Shown here: positions 20,244-29,210 of the stretch, piece after piece
Layout of the letters: the number at the start of each line of letters is the position of its first letter
Position numbering within the stretch: position 1 is the first letter of the stretch
Virus genome (UHGV): UHGV-1376088
DNA from: a virus
Direction: 5' to 3' (one strand)
DNA length: 64,000 nucleotides
The notes under the pieces: model-generated
What the model saw: only the letters and a program-made list of their open reading frames with translations
Databases searched by the model: none
Told to the model about the DNA's origin: nothing
Program-made: the position numbers and the translations under genes

Positions 20244-20561
20244 ATGAAGTATACCGTAAAGTTATTTGATAGCCATGGCAAAGAGACTGAATATGAGGTC
20301 TCTAGTCTTGACATCGAAACCATTAAGAAAGAGATTGGTTTCGGTGAAGAAGAAGTTGCTATGGCTAAAACTTATATAGATGGGAAGATTGTTTCTACTT
20401 TCCATCTTGGTCAGGATTGGCAATATTATGTAACATATGAATTTATTGATGGGTTGACAGACTCTGATGTAATCTATGTTGTAGAGGGCCAAAATCCTGT
20501 GGCAATCGCAAAACGTGATATGCCGTTCTTAGCCCACGATGTAGACGTTGAAATTCTGTAA
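20244..20561 (+). CDS. small early protein (MKY...)
   Basis: TGGAG RBS; 105 aa. Confidence 0.55.
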   Translation: MKYTVKLFDSHGKETEYEVSSLDIETIKKEIGFGEEEVAMAKTYIDGKIVSTFHLGQDWQYYVTYEFIDGLTDSDVIYVVEGQNPVAIAKRDMPFLAHDVDVEIL

Positions 20562-20581
20562 CCTATGGGGCCGATGTGTTT

Positions 20582-20600
20582 GTGTCGGTCTTTTTACGAG
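20582..20600 (+). promoter_or_regulatory. GTGTCGGT-N6-TACGA box
   Basis: Copy 5. The upstream sequence GGCCGAT pairs with GTCGGTC. Confidence 0.5.
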
Positions 20601-20640
20601 GGACATGTTGTCCGAATCTAACCACAATGGAGTGTAAATC

Positions 20641-21000
20641 ATGAAAATCAAGATCGAATTTGCTAAAAAAGAAGTTAAAGCTTTGCAATCTGCGGCTCAG
20701 TCTTTCCGCGACCGTGAAGACGAGTTCAATGCAATGGTAGGTTTGCAAAATAGCCAGCCGGCAACCATCAACAAGAACACCGTTTACTGGGAGAAATCTC
20801 AGAACGAAGACGGCAATGTTGAAGTGTCCTTAGAAATCAACAAAGACTGGGCCGTTAAGGTTATCGATATTTGGACAGAAAACTTCAATGCCGTAATGAA
20901 CTTTGTGTTCGCGGTTACCCCAGCAATTGCATTGTTTGCAGGCCGCATGAAGAAATCTAGCTCTAAACTCAACTCTGTTGTAAAAGAGCTGGTTGAGTAA
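20641..21000 (+). CDS. small early protein
   Basis: 119 aa; GGAG RBS. Confidence 0.55.
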   Translation: MKIKIEFAKKEVKALQSAAQSFRDREDEFNAMVGLQNSQPATINKNTVYWEKSQNEDGNVEVSLEINKDWAVKVIDIWTENFNAVMNFVFAVTPAIALFAGRMKKSSSKLNSVVKELVE

Positions 21001-21027
21001 CGCCATAATGGCCGGCACCCCTTAAAG

Positions 21028-21045
21028 GTGTCGGTTATTTTACGA
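21028..21045 (+). promoter_or_regulatory. GTGTCGGT-N5-TACGA box
   Basis: Copy 6; hairpin GGCCGGCACC/GGTGTCGG. Confidence 0.55.
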
Positions 21046-21077
21046 CAATATTTTAACAGCCTTTTATGGAGATAATC

Positions 21078-21374
21078 ATGGCTAAAAAGAACCCTTCTAT
21101 TAACCGCTTTTTGAAACAAATCAGACACTGGGCATACGGCAAGACCGTAGTGTTGAAATCCAGCGTTGGCAAGTTAGAAGCTGAATGGGTTGATATGTAT
21201 GAACATTCGTCCGACAAGAAAATGGACGAAAGTTTAAGCTCTCTGAGCTTCACTAAAATCTATGTTTGTGACACTTCTTTGCCTATGGGGCAGAATGTTA
21301 CAATCTATGAGCTTGAAGATGGAAAATATGTCCACAAGGGTACTACTTATGACCCTTACTTTGAGCTCGTTTAA
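21078..21374 (+). CDS. small early protein
   Basis: 98 aa; TGGAG RBS. Confidence 0.55.
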   Translation: MAKKNPSINRFLKQIRHWAYGKTVVLKSSVGKLEAEWVDMYEHSSDKKMDESLSSLSFTKIYVCDTSLPMGQNVTIYELEDGKYVHKGTTYDPYFELV

Positions 21375-21403
21375 ATAAAAGTTACCGGCACCGATTAGTT
21401 TTG

Positions 21404-21421
21404 GTGTCGGTTCTTTTGTGG
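21404..21421 (+). promoter_or_regulatory. GTGTCGGT-N5-TGTGG box
   Basis: Copy 7; hairpin ACCGGCACC/GGTGTCGGT. Confidence 0.55.
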
Positions 21422-21450
21422 AAAGGCATGTTGCCTTGTTGGAGTCCAAA

Positions 21451-22443
21451 ATGGAAATCAAATCCCAAAAGCAGGCAAAGAAAGTCCTGCTTCAATTGCA
21501 AGGGGAGCTTCATAAGTTGGAGCTCCAATATCAGAAACTCAATGGCATTCATAAAAACGCCGTTGAAAAGAAAATTACAGAGACCGCCGCGCTTTGGATG
21601 TCGGTCTTGGGTGAAGCCACACATAAAGGCTTCGTGGAAAATAATGGTGTTACGGTCACCATCTCTGGAACCGAGCTCAAAAATCCAGAGAAAATTGGAC
21701 CAGTTACATTGTCTGTGTTTAAACGCGCAGAAGAGCTGTCCAAAACCGAACCGGGGCCTGAAATCGAAATCAAGCCCGAACCCCAATCTGAAACTTTAGC
21801 TAAAGGAAATATCATCATGACTCAAAATACTCAAACTATCGCTCAAATTATTGCCGGTGCAGAAGCAAAATTCGCAAATATCGACAAGTTCAATGTTGCC
21901 GTGGAGGACATTAAGTCCGAAATGTTGGCATTTGAGGGTGACGAAGTGACCCCAGAACTGTTGAAGAATGTGGGAGAATACCTCACCGCGCTGGTTAAAT
22001 ATAACCGAACCACTGACGCAACAGGTGTCTCCACACTGACCGCCGAAAAAGCAGCGTTGAATGAAGCTGCTAACCAGTTCTATGAGGGACTGGGTGAAGT
22101 AGACGAAGAAACGTCTGCGAAATTCAGCAAGTTGCTGTCCGATATCGTCAAAAATACTGACGAAGAAGACAAAGAGGGTTGGACCCATAAGATTTGGGTT
22201 GGTTGCAAAACTGGCGGCTCGTTCGTATTGGACTTGGCCAAAGGTTTGGTTATGTACATCTATGGCGGTGTAATCAAAATCCTTGGTACAGTTCGTGATA
22301 TTGCCGGCTATACCTTAGGTAAAATGCTGTCTATCTTGGACGCAGCAACTACTAAAGACTTTGGACGCAAGTCTAAAGAGGGTGTTATTATGCGTGCAAT
22401 GAAAGAACACGTAGAGGAAGCCAATGCAGCAGCGGCAGCCTGA
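21451..22443 (+). CDS. hypothetical early protein (330 aa; possible internal start at 21817)
   Basis: GGAG RBS at 21441. Codon bias strengthens after 21817, where a second RBS and ATG occur in frame. Confidence 0.55.
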   Translation: MEIKSQKQAKKVLLQLQGELHKLELQYQKLNGIHKNAVEKKITETAALWMSVLGEATHKGFVENNGVTVTISGTELKNPEKIGPVTLSVFKRAEELSKTEPGPEIEIKPEPQSETLAKGNIIMTQNTQTIAQIIAGAEAKFANIDKFNVAVEDIKSEMLAFEGDEVTPELLKNVGEYLTALVKYNRTTDATGVSTLTAEKAALNEAANQFYEGLGEVDEETSAKFSKLLSDIVKNTDEEDKEGWTHKIWVGCKTGGSFVLDLAKGLVMYIYGGVIKILGTVRDIAGYTLGKMLSILDAATTKDFGRKSKEGVIMRAMKEHVEEANAAAAA

Positions 22444-22723
22444 TAAAATCTACTGTGACGCTCGGTTCGTGGGCGGTAATCGATGGGCTATTGGTTACTG
22501 CTCACTAAATATGGGTGTCAATGGATATAAAATAATTAAGGCTTCTGACAATAATGTAGCCGAACTGGAAGCAATTCGCTTTGCTAAGCAATCTAATCCA
22601 GGTTCTATTATATTGTCTGATAGTCTTAATAGTGTAACTGCGCTTAATGACCCTAGTGTAGCTTACATTGAACGTTCACTTAACTTTGCAGACTCATATT
22701 TGCGAAATGTCCGAGTGAAATAA
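22424..22723 (+). CDS. truncated RNase H-like domain protein (N-terminal half only)
   Basis: The motifs CDARF (Asp), NNVAELEAIRFA (Glu) and ILSDSLNSV (Asp) match the first three RNase HI blocks. The C-terminal His/Asp block is absent. Confidence 0.45.
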   Translation: MQQRQPDKIYCDARFVGGNRWAIGYCSLNMGVNGYKIIKASDNNVAELEAIRFAKQSNPGSIILSDSLNSVTALNDPSVAYIERSLNFADSYLRNVRVK

Positions 22724-22749
22724 CGGACACCGGCGCGGCAGAAATTGTC

Positions 22750-22767
22750 GTGTCGGTGTTTTTATGA
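22750..22767 (+). promoter_or_regulatory. GTGTCGGT-N5-TATGA box
   Basis: Copy 8. It is the 3' arm of a 13-bp stem (CACCGGCGCGGCA/TGTCGTGTCGGTG, with G-U pairs). Confidence 0.55.
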
Positions 22768-22861
22768 GGGATAGAGCCAACCTCAATAAAAAACAGCTCT
22801 ACGGTCTGAATCTTGACCAAAAGAATCTCAATTTTCAATCAACCTTAAAAGGAAAAATATC

Positions 22862-24241
22862 ATGACTATGAATCAAATCGAAACTGGCAACCTGAACACC
22901 GGCCGTAGCAAATTCCACAGCGTTTCTGGCCAAGTTGCAACTCCAATGGCATCAAGCCGCCGCACCTTTTACGTCTTGGACGCTCGTCCAGATGAAGCAG
23001 AAGCATTGGGCTATCGTGTATTCGTGTACAAACTGATGCATATGATTGCAAATGCCCCTATGTCTCGCGGTAATGGCCGTGCTTGCTGGGTAGCTACCAA
23101 TGCCGACGATGGTGTGCAATACACTGAAGGTATGACTACGAACCAAATCGTAGCAGCCGTCCGTAATGCAAATGCCAATGCAATGGAATTCTTGGACGCT
23201 GGTTTCAACGGTCTGAGCATCCAAAACGGCAAATTGGCACACTTCCCGGTACCAGTAGGTCCAGCATTTGGTCCAGAATGGTATGAGAAAGCAAACGGTT
23301 TGGCACTGAAAGCTCTGAGTCTGTCTAAAGGCTACGAAGCTTTGTTGTCTGGCTCTGCGTTCATCAGCCACGACAAGAACATTGTTACCGCCAACGAAAA
23401 AGACGGCGAGCGTGTTCAGTTCACCGAACAACAGCTGGCCGAAATGATGGCCAAGATTGTAGGTGCATACAAAGCCGAAATCAAACGCCTCGTTGACGCA
23501 GGTGCAATCGCCACTTCGACTGCTATCTATGTTGGTGCAAACGGCCTGAGCCCTTGTATTGTCCCAATTGCAGCAGCCAGCTACAAAGTAAATAGCAACG
23601 GCAAGCAAATTGACGTCCGTACTACACCTCGTGCATACGGCCGTGTCTCTCCAAACTTCTGTCTGACTATTACTGGTCAAGCCGAAATCACCACTTTGGA
23701 GCAAGACGAATTGCATGAAGGCTATTTGGCTGGTGTCCAAGTGACTGAGGGTAACAATCCTACCCAATACTGCCGCAAGTTCGTGAACTTCAAGGACAGC
23801 CGTGGCAACGATATTACTGTACGTGCAGTAATGTACAGCAACGGTAATAACGGCCGTGGACAAACCCGCGCCGAAGCCTTTGAAAATGTCAGCACCAACG
23901 CCGATGAAATCATGTTCACCGAGAACAATGTGTTAGGCTTTGAAAGCCGCACTCCTCGTGAAGACGATGAAACCGGTCAACCATGGGTAGTTACAGCACG
24001 TGTAACCATGGACGGTTATATTGTTAGCCGTAACGAAGCAGGTAGCACTGCTGTTGTTGCAGACATTGACGTTGACGCACTCGATGTAGACGGTCTGGAC
24101 TTGGGCGACGTGGACATCTTCGCAGATACTGCTAAAGTAGAAGCTGAGAAACCTGCTGCAGCCAAAGAAACCAAACGCACTCGTCGTGGTCAAGCTCAAC
24201 AAGCTCCGGCTAACGAAGAGAGCGACGATACTCCGTTCTAA
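22862..24241 (+). CDS. abundant early protein with SSB-like acidic C-terminal tip (...ESDDTPF)
   Basis: 459 aa with highly optimised codons. The C-terminal DD-T-PF resembles the SSB partner-binding tip. Candidate ssDNA-binding or replication-factory protein. Confidence 0.75.
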   Translation: MTMNQIETGNLNTGRSKFHSVSGQVATPMASSRRTFYVLDARPDEAEALGYRVFVYKLMHMIANAPMSRGNGRACWVATNADDGVQYTEGMTTNQIVAAVRNANANAMEFLDAGFNGLSIQNGKLAHFPVPVGPAFGPEWYEKANGLALKALSLSKGYEALLSGSAFISHDKNIVTANEKDGERVQFTEQQLAEMMAKIVGAYKAEIKRLVDAGAIATSTAIYVGANGLSPCIVPIAAASYKVNSNGKQIDVRTTPRAYGRVSPNFCLTITGQAEITTLEQDELHEGYLAGVQVTEGNNPTQYCRKFVNFKDSRGNDITVRAVMYSNGNNGRGQTRAEAFENVSTNADEIMFTENNVLGFESRTPREDDETGQPWVVTARVTMDGYIVSRNEAGSTAVVADIDVDALDVDGLDLGDVDIFADTAKVEAEKPAAAKETKRTRRGQAQQAPANEESDDTPF

Positions 24242-24355
24242 TAGAGCCAGATACGGGCGAGCGTAAGCGAGCCCCTATTTGAAGTCCACTTGAATGCTGG
24301 TGTGCATGTATTTGTGCACCAGTATTTTTTGTCTTTTATGACTGGTTGACGTGTT

Positions 24356-24375
24356 GTGTCGGTCCCTTTTTATAG
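24356..24375 (+). promoter_or_regulatory. GTGTCGGT-N7-TATAG box
   Basis: Copy 9, in the ORF-free region. Confidence 0.4.
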
Positions 24376-24491
24376 GGATTTAGCTTTCAAATGATTGACT
24401 GGTTGACTGTGTTTTTGATGTGTATACGGACATACAATATAGACGGGCGCGGCTATCTTTGTGCTGGATAACAGCCCAAACAGCTATAATA

Positions 24492-24509
24492 GTGTCGGTT
24501 ATACTACGG
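24492..24509 (+). promoter_or_regulatory. GTGTCGGT-N5-TACGG box
   Basis: Copy 10, in the ORF-free region. Confidence 0.4.
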
Positions 24510-25011
24510 TACGTGTAATATATTAATGAACAGCTTAAAACGTTTTATATGGCTAAGGGAGCAACCTTATCTAAGTTGTTGATTTATATAGATACAGGAT
24601 ATTCGTTCAAAAGTAAACAATAGGCTAAAATTAAGCCTAAAATAGAGGTATCTAGCGCCGCAGAAAGGCTAATATAGGCAAGAATCATAGCAATAGAGCT
24701 TATATAATAGATAGTATAAGCTAAAATAGGTCTATAATGGACATATAGGCATATAATAGAGGCATGTAATATATTAATAATAGGCCCAGATGTGCTTTAT
24801 ATTCCTTGGGAGCATTTTATACTAAGTCCTTGATTTATATAGAGGCAAGATATTTGTTCAGGAATGAACAATAGGCTAAAATATGGTCCGATTTAAGCAA
24901 AAATATACAATATAACCGTAAAAATAGGTCATTTTGCATGAAAAGTGGCTTCAAATGAGAATAATTCCTAAAGTATCATTTTCTCCTATAGCGGATACCG
25001 ACCTCTGAAAA

Positions 25012-25029
25012 GTGTCGGTTATTTTACGG
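25012..25029 (+). promoter_or_regulatory. GTGTCGGT-N5-TACGG box
   Basis: Copy 11. Confidence 0.4.
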
Positions 25030-25969
25030 TGAATATAGTCTAAGCAGTCAATATAGACAGTAATAGACGGTCAATATAGACAGGACGGGCGCGTCCTTGT
25101 ATTGATTAAAAGCATAAATAACACCAATAAAACCACCAATACAAACATCACAAGCACAAACAATAATACTACTACAATAGGTAATACAATACATACTATA
25201 TACAAGTATAGCAGGTATAATAAGCACAAATCCAATGCAACTATATAGGCTAAGGTGTATCTATATGTGCATAAGATACGGGCTGTAGTCCAGGTACCGC
25301 AGACTATATTAAGTGCATTCATCTATTATTGTCTCTATTGGTCAAATCTTAGAGACAAGGGTTTGATGGACTGGACTTCCAGGTAATTTAGCCTATATTG
25401 TTGTAATACGGTCCGTATTTTAGGTAATGCAGTCTATATTAAAATGTCTAGACCTGTAAACAAGTGTCCAGACGTATATTTGGTTTATATAAGTGCAAAC
25501 CTATAAATAGGTGTCTAAGTTCTTATTAATAGTTATATCTGTATTAGAGTCTATATTGGTACTTATGTATTTGTGTGCATAAGTTCTTATATGTTCTTTA
25601 TGCTTCTATTGGTATATTTGTTTTTTATTGTATTGGATTCTATTCTATTTTTATTTTATATGGGAGTGTATTTGTATTTATGGTTGAGTCTATTTTGTTT
25701 TGGTTTGTTGTTTATTTTTTAGTTGTTATATTCTTTATGTTTGTATTTGCTTTTAAGGATTGTTCTGATGAATGAATATGGTTGGGTTGTTGCTTTTGTT
25801 GTTTGTATTTTGTTTATTATTGCTTTTATGGATGTTTGATTTTTGCATCTATCTTTGTTTTTGAAGTTTTTTATTTTGGTTATTTTGGCCAATAAAAGAA
25901 TAATGGGCCCGGCGGGCCTTGTTTTATGTTGCACTAACCGTTTTTAAGCCCCTATGAAAAATCGATTTA

Positions 25970-25987
25970 GTGTCGGTTTTTCTATGG
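25970..25987 (+). promoter_or_regulatory. GTGTCGGT-N5-TATGG box
   Basis: Copy 12, about 25 bp upstream of the 26011 gene. Confidence 0.5.
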
Positions 25988-26010
25988 TAAATATTATATA
26001 GGGAGTTATC

Positions 26011-26352
26011 ATGATTTCTATGATATTGTTTGGCTCTGCTATTACTTCTTTAGCTATATTGTCTATTCTTGCTAAGAGTAATGTAGACCTTTTATATAAG
26101 GTTTTGGGTTATGAAGCCTATGTAGATCTTTGTTTTTCCTTGATTATTGGTTTTGCTTGTGGTATTAGTGGTACTATGTCCGGCTTTGTTATCGGCGCGG
26201 CGACCGGTCTTATCTTTGGTACTTGCCTGTTCCTTCTGAAGAAGATGATCGGCTATAAAAAGTATGAAAATAAGACTTGGGTTTACTATCCTGCTAAGTG
26301 GCCTATTGGTGATTTATTCAAAAATATGTATTCTAAGTATGAATACATCTAA
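26011..26352 (+). CDS. membrane protein
   Basis: 113 aa with 3 predicted TM helices. Confidence 0.5.
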   Translation: MISMILFGSAITSLAILSILAKSNVDLLYKVLGYEAYVDLCFSLIIGFACGISGTMSGFVIGAATGLIFGTCLFLLKKMIGYKKYENKTWVYYPAKWPIGDLFKNMYSKYEYI

Positions 26353-26468
26353 ATGGCTATTTATTAAAGCCTTATTACGCAGGCATTATTATTTATGTCA
26401 TTTTTGCTATTACGATTCTTGTTTGAATAGCTAAAATTGATCATTATAGTTATTTTGGAGTTACATTT

Positions 26469-26744
26469 ATGGGCTTTTTAAAATCTCGTTTTAATCTTAT
26501 TGCGGCGCGTCTGTTCTACAATAAACAGGGGCGTCTTTCAATATTTAAGGTTTGTGCTGTATTAGGCATCTCTGCTGTCTGCTTTGTGTATAATGCAACA
26601 TTTGCATCCCTTGTAACAGGATTAGTGGTATTGATCGGATGTGTCTGGGTTATTACTCCTGTAGTAACATCTCTGTTTCCTAGTTTTGGAGACGAAGAGT
26701 GTGAAGTAATTGAATCCGAAACTGTTGATCCTTACACCAACTAG
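26469..26744 (+). CDS. membrane protein
   Basis: 91 aa with 2 TM helices. Confidence 0.5.
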   Translation: MGFLKSRFNLIAARLFYNKQGRLSIFKVCAVLGISAVCFVYNATFASLVTGLVVLIGCVWVITPVVTSLFPSFGDEECEVIESETVDPYTN

Positions 26745-26755
26745 GGAGGTTCCAA

Positions 26756-27238
26756 ATGGTTCCTTTGAATCTGTTTTCTACCTTGTTTAATCCCTCTTTA
26801 GAGTCCCTTGATTGGGACTCTGATTTAGGGAAAGAATGTATTTCTGCTGCTGAAGACTTTATTGATCAATTAGCTAATGCGGATTCTATTCGATCTCTTC
26901 GTGGCGATCCTATTTTTGATTCTATGATGGAATATGCTTCTAAGAATTATGACGCAAAAACCCTTTATGGTAATCTTAATTGGTTCTTAACGGATCTTGA
27001 GCAGAACCTCGCAATTCCATTGCACATTGACAGAATAAGTGATAATAAGGGTGATCCATACATCCGATATACATTTATGTCTGTCAAAATGCCGTATGTT
27101 ATTTCCTGGGTGCGTAATTTTCATGATCGACTGTATGTTAGTATTCATACCCCTAAGTTTATTAGTGGTGTAGAGATGAACATTTGTCGCAATGGTGAAA
27201 TCATAAAGGAAGAGCCATATGCTGGGATTCTTGTTTGA
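26756..27238 (+). CDS. hypothetical protein
   Basis: 160 aa; GGAGG RBS. Confidence 0.5.
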   Translation: MVPLNLFSTLFNPSLESLDWDSDLGKECISAAEDFIDQLANADSIRSLRGDPIFDSMMEYASKNYDAKTLYGNLNWFLTDLEQNLAIPLHIDRISDNKGDPYIRYTFMSVKMPYVISWVRNFHDRLYVSIHTPKFISGVEMNICRNGEIIKEEPYAGILV

Positions 27239-27248
27239 CCTTGTAAAA

Positions 27249-27395
27249 ATGGCAGCGTTCTTGCCTGTATTATTAGTTGGCGCGGTATGCTTCATGTTTT
27301 ATTTGGTAGCTGTTTGCATCTTTACGTTACCTGTTATTGCGGCATATTTAGTGCAAAGGTTATTTGCCGGCTGTATTAATGCTTTAAAGGCTTAG
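27249..27395 (+). CDS. small membrane peptide (48 aa)
   Basis: Hydrophobic ORF below the ORF-track cutoff. Confidence 0.25.
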   Translation: MAAFLPVLLVGAVCFMFYLVAVCIFTLPVIAAYLVQRLFAGCINALKA

Positions 27396-27406
27396 AAAGG
27401 CTTATC

Positions 27407-27685
27407 ATGTTCGTATTCGGAAGCGTATGGGACTACTTCGTTTATAACGCCATCACAAATCATTCTACAGGAATCTTATATATTATCTTCCTTGCAGTAT
27501 ATATAGGATTTATCCTTGCAAATTTAAATAAATACGTCTTTAAAATCAAGTATCTGCGTAAATTGGAAAGAAGCGGGCCGTTTCATGTTTTGCTGTTCTT
27601 CATTTCTGTTTTATTAGCTCACTTTGCAACTATTTACACAGGAAAGACCGTAGTTTATTTAATAGAAAAATTCCAGCTTTACTGA
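27407..27685 (+). CDS. membrane protein
   Basis: 92 aa. Confidence 0.45.
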   Translation: MFVFGSVWDYFVYNAITNHSTGILYIIFLAVYIGFILANLNKYVFKIKYLRKLERSGPFHVLLFFISVLLAHFATIYTGKTVVYLIEKFQLY

Positions 27686-27718
27686 AAGCTTTGCATTTTG
27701 GAAAACCGATATTATAAA

Positions 27719-27737
27719 GTGTCGGTTTTCTTTTGGA
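27719..27737 (+). promoter_or_regulatory. GTGTCGGT box variant
   Basis: Copy 13. The upstream sequence AAACCGAT pairs with GTCGGTTT. Confidence 0.45.
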
Positions 27738-27764
27738 TGTTTTAATGTTTATGAAAGGTAAACA

Positions 27765-28202
27765 GTGGATACTAAGATTTTTGATTATGGCGAGTATTAT
27801 TATATCGTAAAGTATAAGCTCCAAACTGGAGAGATTCGCTATGCTATGTTTAAAGAAGATGCGCCAGAAGAATATTGCCTCGAATTAATTACAGATATCA
27901 GCGGACCTATTGAATCTTTTGAATTTATTTATGTTGAAGATACCCTCAAAGATCTTCCCCCTGATAATTATGAAGACGGTTGTGATATTGCGGATATCTT
28001 TGTTGTCGAAGCAATTAATAATGGCATCAAAGAGGGTGCCATAGTGAGTTTCGGCGAATATGAAGGCTCTCGTAAATTCTATAAAGTGTATCTGAAAGGC
28101 GAATTGCCAGATACGGACGAGAAGTTAACGGTCGTTAACCTTGAAGAGTGGCATAAAGCGCATCTCGAATGGCTTGACAGCTTTAATCCTACGTATCGAT
28201 AA
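27765..28202 (+). CDS. hypothetical acidic protein
   Basis: 145 aa. Confidence 0.55.
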   Translation: MDTKIFDYGEYYYIVKYKLQTGEIRYAMFKEDAPEEYCLELITDISGPIESFEFIYVEDTLKDLPPDNYEDGCDIADIFVVEAINNGIKEGAIVSFGEYEGSRKFYKVYLKGELPDTDEKLTVVNLEEWHKAHLEWLDSFNPTYR

Positions 28203-28431
28203 ATATATCTGACGCCCTTTAGATAGGGTGTCTGTATATTAATGGAGCAATAAGAGCTCCTTCCTAGTATGATTCGACGCTAGACGTTGAATGGAGCCAA
28301 TGATTTAGTCACAAAGGCTAGTAGCTGAAATGCTATTTCTGACTTGGGATGACGACCCGCCCCTGTGAATGTGTCTGACTCTTGCCTGCGGAGTATAAAC
28401 GCAGGCATCCTATTTTATCACGAGGTTCAAT

Positions 28432-28686
28432 ATGACCAGTATCGATATTGTTTTTATATATATTATAATCTTAATTGCAGTTTATATTTTTGGAGCTACA
28501 TTTATTGTACGTTCATACCCTTCAAATTCTATGAATTTAGAAGAAGAACATCGCATTAAGATTTTAGACTCTCAATTAGATATGCTATTAATTGTGGCTT
28601 CGGCCTGGCCTGTAGCATTGGTAATTGTCCCTATTTATTTTATTATTAAAGGCTTAAAATCTGTAATTTACAGACTAATACGCTAA
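28432..28686 (+). CDS. membrane protein
   Basis: 84 aa with 2 TM helices. Confidence 0.45.
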   Translation: MTSIDIVFIYIIILIAVYIFGATFIVRSYPSNSMNLEEEHRIKILDSQLDMLLIVASAWPVALVIVPIYFIIKGLKSVIYRLIR

Positions 28687-28714
28687 TTGTTGATCAAAAG
28701 AAAGGTACTTTATA

Positions 28715-29158
28715 GTGAAACCGTTTAATCATGAAGAGGCCTTAAAGGGCAAATTGTGCAAGACCGCCGGCGGAGATTTGGCAATTGTATACGGAGATAC
28801 ATTAAACTCTCCGTATCTCAAAAATAAACCATATAGAGTTTTAATTGGAGTTGTTATTAACCGTACTGGCCATATTATTACAACCTCATGGAAATTAGAT
28901 GGTTCGTTTGGTATGGACCCATCAAATAATGATATTTTGGGAATCCTTGAAGATCATGAAGTAAGGGCGATTGAAAACTTGCAATTGTTAGAAAATGCAA
29001 TGCGGGACAATAAATATGTCCAATGGTATGAATCCGGCATTAATGGTCCAATTGCGGTAGAAAAGAAACTTGAAAATGGCAATTTCATTTTGGGTTTTGG
29101 CAAATGGAAATATGAAACCAATGGCGGAGGTTTGATAAATCTTCATATTGTAAAATAA
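28715..29158 (+). CDS. hypothetical protein (GTG start)
   Basis: 147 aa; AAAGGTA RBS. Confidence 0.5.
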   Translation: MKPFNHEEALKGKLCKTAGGDLAIVYGDTLNSPYLKNKPYRVLIGVVINRTGHIITTSWKLDGSFGMDPSNNDILGILEDHEVRAIENLQLLENAMRDNKYVQWYESGINGPIAVEKKLENGNFILGFGKWKYETNGGGLINLHIVK

Positions 29159-29168
29159 ACAAAAGATA

Positions 29169-29190
29169 AGTGTCGGCAAATTGTCGGTAA
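29169..29190 (+). promoter_or_regulatory. degenerate duplicated box (GTGTCGGC..TTGTCGGT)
   Basis: Copy 14, upstream of the NADAR gene. Confidence 0.35.
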
Positions 29191-29210
29191 AATAGACATT
29201 GGAGTAAGTT

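Larger units (their letters stand above)
24250..25960. other. 1.7 kb ORF-free region with iteron-like repeats and a switch in strand composition (candidate origin or ncRNA locus)
   Basis: An A/C-rich block (about 25100-25260) switches to a C-depleted T/G-rich block (about 25560-25900). TCTATATT-type 8-mers recur, as do GTCAATATAGACAG direct repeats. GC palindromes include GGACGGGCGCGTCC and GGGCCCGGCGGGCC. Confidence 0.45.

Noticed and set aside
22952-23863. 303-aa minus-strand ORF (and 23011 and 23722) antisense to the 22862-24241 gene
   Set aside because: These are shadow ORFs inside a strongly codon-biased plus-strand gene. They are Cys-rich nonsense, and the surrounding genes are co-directional.
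25071-25934. ORFs 25071-25322 (-), 25575-25775 (+) and 25719-25934 (-) in the ORF-free region
   Set aside because: They are extreme low-complexity products: a hydrophobic poly-LVF reading from T/G-rich sequence and a K/N-rich reading from A-rich sequence. They have no RBS.
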